Below, piece by piece: positions 27,766 to 35,140 of a stretch of 35,140 bases of DNA. A program made the translations under genes and the position numbers. Every line of letters starts with the position of its first letter. Position 1 is the stretch's first letter. The notes under the pieces were generated by a model, which was not told the origin of the DNA, ran no database searches, and saw only the letters and a list, made by a program, of their open reading frames with translations. The DNA comes from Bacteroidota bacterium (lineage in GTDB: Bacteria; Bacteroidota; Bacteroidia; B-17B0; Aurantibacillaceae): NCBI GenBank assembly GCA_043737035.1, contig JAYTBK010000317.1:1-35140 (forward strand), read 5' to 3'.

Positions 27766-28469
27766 AATATATATTGATTTTCATTTCTGTACTCGCTTTC
27801 AATTCACTTTTTTCTCAAAAAAAATACAGTCGAAAACAGTTTCGCATAGATTCGTTAAAAATAGTGCGGCCAAGACTGGTACGACCACAGGTTCGTCTTG
27901 ATAATAAAACGCTTTTTTATCAAGGAGAAGTATATAACATTAACGGATTTGATTTTGGAGCGATAATTAAAGAGAAAATAAGACTTACTTTGGGGTACTA
28001 TTATTTAAACGATTTTTTAAATGATCATGTACGTTCCAATAATACGTTCGACAGACATTTAAATTTAAAATACGGCAGTTTAAACGCTGAATTTATTTAT
28101 TTAAACACGCGATTTTTTACGTTAGGGATTCCATTCGAATTTGGGTTCGGCGGTAACACTCTACGTTATAAAATTGATTTGGCTGATGAAAATTACCAAA
28201 CAACTTCGGGTTTTGTATCGTCTTTAGATGTGGGTTTATCCGGAACTTTCAAACCAATAAGGTGGATAAATGTAAGATTGGTTGCCGGCTATCGTAAAAC
28301 ATTAATTAATCAGGTTGATGATTTAAAATTTGAAGGGGCACTTTTATCGTTTGGTATTGGCGTAAACATTAGAGAAGTTAGTAAAGACATCCGAATGTTT
28401 GCTTTGAAGAAAAAATATAAGAGATTGGGGAATCCACTTGATACAGCGGTTGACCTGATAACCGACTAA
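27762..28469 (+). CDS. secreted hypothetical protein, possibly a small outer-membrane beta-barrel
   Basis: Signal peptide MKYILIFISVLAFNSLFSQ and alternating beta-like segments (LNAEFIYLN, LDVGLSGTF, LLSFGIGVNI). An ATGA start/stop overlap with the upstream AI-2E gene suggests translational coupling. Confidence 0.4.
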   Translation: MKYILIFISVLAFNSLFSQKKYSRKQFRIDSLKIVRPRLVRPQVRLDNKTLFYQGEVYNINGFDFGAIIKEKIRLTLGYYYLNDFLNDHVRSNNTFDRHLNLKYGSLNAEFIYLNTRFFTLGIPFEFGFGGNTLRYKIDLADENYQTTSGFVSSLDVGLSGTFKPIRWINVRLVAGYRKTLINQVDDLKFEGALLSFGIGVNIREVSKDIRMFALKKKYKRLGNPLDTAVDLITD

Positions 28470-28517
28470 AGTTTTTCCCCTCATTCATCGAAAAAAAGCA
28501 GTAAACCCTTAAAAATT

Positions 28518-29021
28518 TTAAACCCAATAACGTAAAGCAAAATAAGTAACTAAACCCATGGCAGTAAACGTTAAGAAAAATACAATCATAAACACATTAA
28601 TTCCGAATTCCGCAATAAAGTATCGGATGGGTTGTTGTATTGTTTGATCAATAACATTTAAAATCTGTTGCCATGCTCCGCGTTCATTCCGTATATAATC
28701 GCGTGCGCCATGTTTTATAGCATCCACTGCAAGCGCCACATTTTCATCGGATGATAAAATAATTACTTCAGTACGCGGATTTTTTTCTTTTACCTTTTGT
28801 AACATGTCGATGCCAGCAATTCCTGTATGGGAACTTTCTTTTAGGTAATCGTCTACCACTACCAAGTCCACATGTTCGTTAAGCATGCGAAGACAGCTCC
28901 GACTATTGAAAAAAAGTGAAATAGTTAACCTTTCACCAAATCGTTTTTTAAGATAGCGACGTAATTTACCGGCCACCATTACATCATCATTTAAGATGAA
29001 AACATTTAAACTGGTATTCAT
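28518..29021 (-). CDS. receiver domain protein with a C-terminal transmembrane anchor
   Basis: Receiver motifs (FILNDD, DLVVVDDYL, IILSSD, AIKHGARDYI) followed by a single hydrophobic helix INVFMIVFFLTFTAMGLVTYFAL. No other output domain. Confidence 0.8.
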   Translation of the reverse strand: MNTSLNVFILNDDVMVAGKLRRYLKKRFGERLTISLFFNSRSCLRMLNEHVDLVVVDDYLKESSHTGIAGIDMLQKVKEKNPRTEVIILSSDENVALAVDAIKHGARDYIRNERGAWQQILNVIDQTIQQPIRYFIAEFGINVFMIVFFLTFTAMGLVTYFALRYWV

Positions 29022-29375
29022 AACGTTAAATTTTAGTATTAATTAAAATGCTTTAATTCCGAGTCGGCCAAATAAGAGTTAAAATGGCAACAACTACTAT
29101 TATCACCAATACAATCCACCAAACCGTATGTGCTTTAAAAGCTCCGCCTACGGAAACTCAGTTTTGGAGTGCAAAAAGCAATATAGCAATTATCGAATAT
29201 AGCAATGCATTTTTCCATGTAAATGAGTTTGTAATAATTACTGCAATTATGATTCCATCACGCGCATCCTGAAAAGTGATAAGTATACAACATTCAATGA
29301 GTAAAAAGTAGAATTTTATACACGCCAAAAACGCTTCAGTTAAAAAGCGCTACGGTAAAATGAAAAATGAAAAGA

Positions 29376-30854
29376 TTATGCCGCTTTCCTAAAATTTTTG
29401 CTCGGAATATTCAATTCTTCACGGTATTTGGCTACAGTACGGCGGGCGATGCTGTATTTTTTTTGAATTAGTTGTTTCGCTATTTCTTCATCACTTAACG
29501 GGTTCGATTTGTCTTCGGCCGATACACATTCCATTAATATTTTCTTCACCTCGTTGGTACTAACTATTTCTCCGGTAGTAGTACTTAAACCTTCAGCAAA
29601 TAAGCCTTTCATCAATATAGTGCCATAAATAGTTTGAATATATTTACTGTTTACAATACGCGAAATAGTGGAAATATCAGAATTAATTTCCTTAGCAATG
29701 TTTTTTAGGATTAAAGGCTTCAGGTCAGATTCTTCACCGGTAATAAAATATTTTTTTTGATGCTTAACGATTGCTTTGGCAACTGTTACCATTGTTTTTT
29801 CTCGCTGTTGCAATGCATCAATAAACCATTTAGCACTTTCAATTTTGTTTTTGATAAAACCCGATGCTTCACGCGCACTTTTATCTTTCGATTTTGAGTA
29901 CGATTGTAGCATCTCAACATAACCTTCGCTAATTTTTAATGGCGGATGTTTAGATGAATTTAAAAACAATTCCACATTATCACCGGTTACTGAAACAGCA
30001 AAATCAGGTTGTATGGTAATAGCTTTACTCCCGCTTTCGCGTGAAGATCCTGCAGGTGCTGGGTTTAATCGCTTTATCTCGCTTAAAGCATCGCGCATAT
30101 CTTCGTCGTCAAGTTTCAATGTTTTTTTAATCAATTCGAAATTTTTACCTGATAAAGCTTCCATGTAATTTTCAAGTATGGTAATAGCAGTATAAGTGTC
30201 TTTTGTTTTTTGCTTTTTTGATTTCAATTGTACGATTAAACATTCCTGCAAATTTTTACATCCCATTCCTATAGGCTCCAAAGTTTTAATTTTTGACAAA
30301 ACTTCGTCAAGCTCTTCTTCCGTTACAAATGTGTTTTGCACAAAAGATAATTCATCCGAAATATCACTTAGCGTGCGGCGCAAATATCCATCACTTTCTA
30401 ACGTATTAATTAAATAATAGCCTATTTCTTTTTGCTTATCCGTTATCGGTAACAATTTTAATTGATCGATTAGCGGCTCCGTAAAATCATGACTTTCTAA
30501 AAATACCTGCTCTCTTTTTTCATCTTCGTTAACATGGTTATTTGATTCGTATTTATAATCGTCGAGCGCGTCCTTGTCCATATAATCGGTGTAATCGTAA
30601 TCTTCCCCTAATTTGCCTTCCGATACATTATCATCGTCACCATCGTTTTGCGTGTCCGCATCAGCATCATTATTCTCATCCGCATCTCCCGGAATTTCAT
30701 CCATTTCATACTCAAGTGCAGGATTAATGGCCATTTCTGCAGCAATGCATTGTTCTAAAGCAACCGTTGGTAAAGATAACATGTTAAACAGCTGTATTTG
30801 CTGTGAGGTAAGTTTTTGAGTTTGCCTTTGAGATTGAGATTGAATAATTGCCAT
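29376..30854 (-). CDS. rpoN: RNA polymerase sigma-54 factor
   Basis: Gln/Leu-rich region I (QSQRQTQKLTSQQIQLFNMLSLP), a long acidic region II, a core-binding region, and a C-terminal HTH plus RpoN box ARRTVAKYRE. Start taken as the ATG at 30854, because the GTG at 30893 lies inside a terminator hairpin. Confidence 0.93.
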   Translation of the reverse strand: MAIIQSQSQRQTQKLTSQQIQLFNMLSLPTVALEQCIAAEMAINPALEYEMDEIPGDADENNDADADTQNDGDDDNVSEGKLGEDYDYTDYMDKDALDDYKYESNNHVNEDEKREQVFLESHDFTEPLIDQLKLLPITDKQKEIGYYLINTLESDGYLRRTLSDISDELSFVQNTFVTEEELDEVLSKIKTLEPIGMGCKNLQECLIVQLKSKKQKTKDTYTAITILENYMEALSGKNFELIKKTLKLDDEDMRDALSEIKRLNPAPAGSSRESGSKAITIQPDFAVSVTGDNVELFLNSSKHPPLKISEGYVEMLQSYSKSKDKSAREASGFIKNKIESAKWFIDALQQREKTMVTVAKAIVKHQKKYFITGEESDLKPLILKNIAKEINSDISTISRIVNSKYIQTIYGTILMKGLFAEGLSTTTGEIVSTNEVKKILMECVSAEDKSNPLSDEEIAKQLIQKKYSIARRTVAKYREELNIPSKNFRKAA

Positions 30855-30882
30855 AACCTTATTTTGTATATTGATTTTAATT

Positions 30883-30913
30883 AAAAAAACCACATAGCAA
30901 TTAAGCCATGTGG
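30883..30913 (-). terminator. rho-independent terminator after the DUF1328 gene, about 30 nt upstream of the rpoN start
   Basis: On the minus strand: ACCACATGG-CTTAATTG-CTATGTGGT, a 9-bp stem including one G-U pair, followed by T7. Confidence 0.7.
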
Positions 30914-30918
30914 TAATT

Positions 30919-31095
30919 TTATTTATTTCGTTTTAGTAATGTGCCGCCTGCAATAAGCGTAATTAAAAACAATACGATGAAAATGAAAAATAAAATTTTG
31001 GCTATTCCTGCGGCACCTGCGGCAATTCCGGTAAAGCCAAATAGTGCTGCAACTATAGCAACTACTAAAAATATTAAGGTCCAACGTAACATCAT
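30919..31095 (-). CDS. DUF1328 (YtjA/UPF0391-like) small membrane protein
   Basis: This 58-aa ORF is below the ORF-track length cutoff. It reads [58 protein letters not shown], the characteristic two-helix, Gly/Ala-hinge pattern. Confidence 0.8.
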   Translation of the reverse strand: MMLRWTLIFLVVAIVAALFGFTGIAAGAAGIAKILFFIFIVLFLITLIAGGTLLKRNK

Positions 31096-31551
31096 TTAAA
31101 ATTTAATTGGTTTATATTACAACACACTTTGAAACAATAGTGCCGAAATTTATGTGTAGTTAACCATTTAAAAATCAGTAACTTGAGCAAGTATTAAATT
31201 TTATGTAAGATTGTTAAGTGGGGAAAATTGTACACATATTTAATTCTTTTTATGTATTATTGCATAAATATCAAAAAAGTTAGGATATGAAAAGCCCTCA
31301 TCCGGTGAAATCAAACAAGATGTTCAAAAAAATCCACTGTTTTTCATCACAGGGCATCTAATTTGATTGCGATACACACGTTGCGCCGGATATTATAAAA
31401 AATTTGTGGATAATTTACCCGATCGATCAAAACGCAATAAACGCACTCTGAAACAAAAAATGCGTATTGTATATTAATTATGAAAATAGAATGAACCTTC
31501 CAAAGGTATAAAGTCGCGAACCGTTAGAACGAATTTAAAAAAATCCCTATT

Positions 31552-33012
31552 ATGAATATTTTAGTAATTGATGATGATGCCGATATCTGTATGTTACTTA
31601 ACAGGTATCTTTCTAAAAACGGGTTTATTGTAAGAACAGCGTATACCGGTAAAGCGGCGTTGGAAAGCATAATAAATGAAATACCTGATATTGTTTTGTG
31701 CGATTTTAGGCTTGACGATATGAACGGGAGCGAGCTGCTTGAAAAAATAAAACAGATAAATACAGCAATTCCTGTAATTATTATGACGGGTTATAGCGAT
31801 GTTCGCACCGCCGTAAATATTATGAAATCCGGAGCATTTGATTATGTAACAAAACCTTTATTACCCGAAGAAATTTTACATACTTTAAAACGGGCACTTA
31901 ACGAAAGCAAAATTAATAACGAAACGCAGGAACCCGCTGTTAAGGGAACTACTCCGGAGAGCGAACCTAAAAAAGTAAAAAAATATAAAAGCAAATATGT
32001 ATTTGGTAAAAGTCCCATTTTTAAAATCATACTTGAGCAAATACAACTCGTAGCCCCAACTAACTTTAGCATTATTATTTATGGCGAAAGTGGAAGCGGC
32101 AAAGAATCAGTTGCTAACGAAATCCATAATAACAGTATAAGGGCGCACAAACCCTTTGTAGCAATTGATTGCGGCGCACTATCTAAAGAGTTAGCAAGTA
32201 GCGAATTATTTGGTCATGAAAAAGGTTCCTTCACCGGTGCGATCAATCAAAAAATAGGAAGCTTTGAACTTGCAAATGGTGGTACCATTTTTTTAGATGA
32301 AATAGCCAATCTTTCTTACGAAATACAAATGGCATTGCTGCGAGTTGTGCAGGAACGCAAAATGCGCCGCGTGGGCGGAGTTAAAGATATTGACCTTGAT
32401 GTTAGGATTATTGTTGCAAGTAACGAGCGGTTATCGGAATCGGCTAAAAAAGGAAAGTTTCGCGAAGATCTTTATCACCGGTTTAATGAATTTAGTATAG
32501 AAGTTCCCCCATTGCGCAACCGACGTGAAGATATTATGTTATTTGCAGAAGTGTTTTTAGAGAAAACAAATGGCGAACTCAACAAATCGGTTAAAGGTTT
32601 TTCTGAAGAAGTAACGCGTATTTTTAATCAATATTCATGGCCGGGTAATTTGCGCGAACTTAATAATGTTGTAAAACGCTCTACATTATTAACGCTGGGC
32701 GAAGAAGTACAGGTTTCATCTCTGCCCTTTGAAATAACTCATTTCGATCAATTAAACTTTGAAGCTGAAAACGCAGCGCAAGCCGAGGTTAAACCAACCG
32801 CCCCTATAATGGCCGAGCCCCCCAAAAAAGTTTTGCCATTAAATGATCAGGGGATGAAGCACGCATCCATCGATGCCGAATTTGAATTGATTGTTGAAGC
32901 ATTAAAAAAATGTAATTACAATAAAAGCAAAGCAGCCCAATTATTAAACATCGACCGAAAGACGCTTTATAATAAAATGAAGCAGTATAAAGAATTTAAT
33001 GGCGAATTTTAA
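31552..33012 (+). CDS. sigma-54-dependent response regulator (NtrC-family enhancer-binding protein), second copy
   Basis: Receiver (ILVIDDD, VLCDFRLDDMNG). AAA+ core with GESGSGKE, the loop variant GSFTGA and IFLDEIAN. Fis-type HTH NKSKAAQLLNIDRKTLYNKM. Confidence 0.93.
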   Translation: MNILVIDDDADICMLLNRYLSKNGFIVRTAYTGKAALESIINEIPDIVLCDFRLDDMNGSELLEKIKQINTAIPVIIMTGYSDVRTAVNIMKSGAFDYVTKPLLPEEILHTLKRALNESKINNETQEPAVKGTTPESEPKKVKKYKSKYVFGKSPIFKIILEQIQLVAPTNFSIIIYGESGSGKESVANEIHNNSIRAHKPFVAIDCGALSKELASSELFGHEKGSFTGAINQKIGSFELANGGTIFLDEIANLSYEIQMALLRVVQERKMRRVGGVKDIDLDVRIIVASNERLSESAKKGKFREDLYHRFNEFSIEVPPLRNRREDIMLFAEVFLEKTNGELNKSVKGFSEEVTRIFNQYSWPGNLRELNNVVKRSTLLTLGEEVQVSSLPFEITHFDQLNFEAENAAQAEVKPTAPIMAEPPKKVLPLNDQGMKHASIDAEFELIVEALKKCNYNKSKAAQLLNIDRKTLYNKMKQYKEFNGEF

Positions 33013-33074
33013 AAATTTATTATTTCTTCCAAAACTCATTAAGGTAATTATCTCCAAACTAAGCGCATTATAAT

Positions 33075-34502
33075 ATGGTACCCGATTTAAAAATTTTGAT
33101 CATAGATGACGATGAAGACGATTTTTTTATTACCTCGCAATACCTCGAAACCATCGAGGCGTTTAATGTAAACTGCAGTTGGAGTTACAACATTGCCGAC
33201 GCCCAAAAAAAACTCGCTTCAAACGCGTATGATATTTATTTTTTAGATTACCGGCTCGGTGCTAAAACAGGCTTGGAGTTATTAGTAGACGCAATAGAAA
33301 ACGGATCGTACAAACCTATCATTTTACTTACGGGAAAAGGAACTGTTGAAATAGATAAACTTGCAGTTGAAAATGGTGCGTACGATTATTTGGTTAAAAG
33401 CGACCTCACCGCTGAAAAACTGGAACGTTGCATTAGGTACGCTTACGAAAGGTATCGAAGCTTTAAAGTTATTAATGATAATGAAAAAAAGTTCAGACTG
33501 ATTTTTGAGAACGCCTTGAGTTTTATTTTTACATGCGATCCGTTACTACATTTTAGCGATGCAAATCCTGCATCCGAATACTTGCTCGGCTATCTTCCGC
33601 ACGAACTAAAAGACCGTTCGTTTTTTAATATTATAGACGAAGCGGATAAGCAAAATCTAAAAAAATTGCTTGTCGAGAAAAAAGGTATTTACAATCTTAA
33701 TGTACGGCTTGTAACAAAGCACAACGAAATTAAAACCGGAAACCTTTCATTAAATTATTTTGAAAGCGATAACGAAGGCTCGTATTGGCAAGGGATCATT
33801 TACGATGAAACCATTCGGGTACAGGCTGAGTTGGCCAAACTTCAATCAGAAAAACTGGAAGCTACATATAGGCTGGTTCGTACGTTAGCCCACGAAATAA
33901 GAAACCCGCTTACTAACATTGGCTTATCGTTAGAAGGCTTAGTTGAAAAAGGAATTCAGGATTCGCAAAAACCATATGTGGATATTATTAAGCGTGGGGC
34001 CAAGCGAATTAACGATATCATTACCGAATTACTGCAATCGAGTAAAGCCATCGAAATAAAACCCGAATTGGTTGACCTCAATGCTTTACTAAAAGAGGTG
34101 ATTAGCATTGCACAGGATAGAATTGAACTTAAAAAAATAAAGACTAAAATTTCACTGCTCGATTTTCCAGTAATTCGAGCGCTCGATAAAGAAAAATTTA
34201 AAATCGCCATTCTAAACCTTGTAGTTAACGCGGTAGAAGCAATGGAAAATGAAGGCAGTTTGCTAACCGTTAGTCTTAGTCAAAACCTCGAGCATACTGT
34301 AATTTTAATTAAAGATAACGGATCTGGAATTAAGGAAGAAGATCTAAAAATGCTTTTTGAACCCTATTTTACAACAAAAAAAACCGGAATGGGATTAGGC
34401 CTAGTTTCTACTTTAAACATTATAAAATCACATAAAGCTAAAATTGAGGTGGACTCGAAAATTGGTGTAGGCACAACCTTTAAAGTTACTTTTCCGAATT
34501 AA
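33075..34502 (+). CDS. cytoplasmic REC-PAS-HisKA-HATPase histidine kinase (N-terminal receiver)
   Basis: ILIIDDDEDD and IYFLDYRLGAKTG (receiver), a PAS region, an NtrB-like H-box LAHEIRNPLTNI, N-box LNLVVNAVEAM and G-boxes DNGSGI and GMGLGL. No TM segment. Confidence 0.9.
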   Translation: MVPDLKILIIDDDEDDFFITSQYLETIEAFNVNCSWSYNIADAQKKLASNAYDIYFLDYRLGAKTGLELLVDAIENGSYKPIILLTGKGTVEIDKLAVENGAYDYLVKSDLTAEKLERCIRYAYERYRSFKVINDNEKKFRLIFENALSFIFTCDPLLHFSDANPASEYLLGYLPHELKDRSFFNIIDEADKQNLKKLLVEKKGIYNLNVRLVTKHNEIKTGNLSLNYFESDNEGSYWQGIIYDETIRVQAELAKLQSEKLEATYRLVRTLAHEIRNPLTNIGLSLEGLVEKGIQDSQKPYVDIIKRGAKRINDIITELLQSSKAIEIKPELVDLNALLKEVISIAQDRIELKKIKTKISLLDFPVIRALDKEKFKIAILNLVVNAVEAMENEGSLLTVSLSQNLEHTVILIKDNGSGIKEEDLKMLFEPYFTTKKTGMGLGLVSTLNIIKSHKAKIEVDSKIGVGTTFKVTFPN

Positions 34503-34751
34503 TTTCTTTAAGGGGCAAAATTTTTCCCTTCAATAGGCCGGTTCCTCGTTTTAAAAGTGAATTATGTTGGCATTTTGTTTGATTTACTTAATCGAATAAA
34601 TTAAGAACATTTTTTAAAAAACTAAATTTTCAAAATAAGTAGGGCAAACTAATTTATAGCTTTTAAAGTTAAACACTGTATTTATATTTGTCTCATTGTT
34701 GGTTATGAATGGGGGCTGAACTAGCCTTCATTTTTTTAAATTTATAAAATA

Positions 34752-35140
34752 ATGAATACTTTAACGAAGCACATAAACATTAAGCGGCTACTTGGTTCCA
34801 TTGCATTTTGTGAAATGGTGGGAGTTGCAGCCGCATTATTTACAATGGACGCCATAAGGAATTGGTATGTTGATTTAAATAAACCGGATTTTAATCCGCC
34901 AAATTGGATTTTCGGTCCGGTTTGGACATTGCTTTATTTTCTAATGGCCATTAGCTTTTACAACAACTTACAAACCAAGATTAAAGATTTAAATTACAGA
35001 CGCACGAACGTATTTTTTACAATACAATTAACTCTAAATTTTTGCTGGACGGTGGCATTTTTCGGCTTACGTAATCCAACATTAGCTTTTGCCGTTATAC
35101 TTTTGCTCATTACAAGTACATGTTTTTGGATCTTACATTT
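34752..35140 (+). CDS. tspO: TspO/MBR (tryptophan-rich sensory protein) family, 3' end outside the window
   Basis: WYVDLNKPDFNPPNWIFGPVWTLLYFLMAISFY is the family signature. The ORF runs off the window end. Confidence 0.85.
   Translation, partial: MNTLTKHINIKRLLGSIAFCEMVGVAAALFTMDAIRNWYVDLNKPDFNPPNWIFGPVWTLLYFLMAISFYNNLQTKIKDLNYRRTNVFFTIQLTLNFCWTVAFFGLRNPTLAFAVILLLITSTCFWILH

Noticed and set aside
32224-32241. GSFTGA instead of the canonical GAFTGA loop in the second EBP, considered as a sign of a non-functional activator.
   Set aside because: To my knowledge, Ala-to-Ser at this position is a naturally occurring variant of the loop in active bEBPs. The Walker motifs and the rest of the AAA+ core are intact.
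1272-34210. Many 60-150 aa ORFs lie antisense to or nested inside long genes. Examples are 1272..1574, 5028..5306, 5619..5945, 5973..6314, 7521..7865, 9111..9311, 11368..11814, 12216..12611, 13198..13716, 13939..14193, 15232..15477, 17274..17549, 19447..19683, 20773..21150, 25965..26360, 30196..30819, 31842..32072 and 33956..34210.
   Set aside because: Each lies wholly within a longer ORF on the opposite strand or in another frame, and that longer ORF carries clear family motifs. Their translations are low-complexity or shadow-like. They are typical spurious ORFs of AT-rich DNA.

Overview
This is an AT-rich chromosomal segment that looks like Bacteroidota. That assignment is an inference from the near-absence of Shine-Dalgarno sequences, the gene families present and a kdp-like locus layout. 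I found no rRNA, tRNA, CRISPR array, transposase, integrase or recognisable defence genes.

Layout:
(1) 0.7-8.6 kb holds a sigma-54 enhancer-binding response regulator, then a -24/-12 promoter, then porin, SPFH and Kup genes, then a HAMP/PAS histidine kinase that is split by a frameshift.
(2) 8.7-10.5 kb holds nhaA and a heavily decayed YdeI/DUF1801-type pseudogene.
(3) 10.5-35 kb is a dense signalling and stress-type region. Its signalling genes are rpoN (sigma-54), a second sigma-54 activator with an adjacent REC-PAS histidine kinase, a large cytoplasmic multi-PAS kinase, and three stand-alone receiver proteins (one broken by a 5-nt tandem repeat, one membrane-anchored). Interleaved with these are Ku, a topoisomerase IB remnant, DUF3606, a FAD/Rieske oxidoreductase, YtxH, DUF1328, a low-affinity iron permease family protein, a fasciclin protein, TspO, and two diverged copies each of YihY/BrkB and AI-2E transporters.

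Three near-consensus sigma-54 promoters can be read directly, at 2316, 10612 and 24616.

Main hypothesis: this is a sigma-54-wired stress, dormancy and ion-homeostasis regulon island. It is also accumulating pseudogenes, with at least four disrupted genes. All family calls come from motif recognition by eye; no database search was run.
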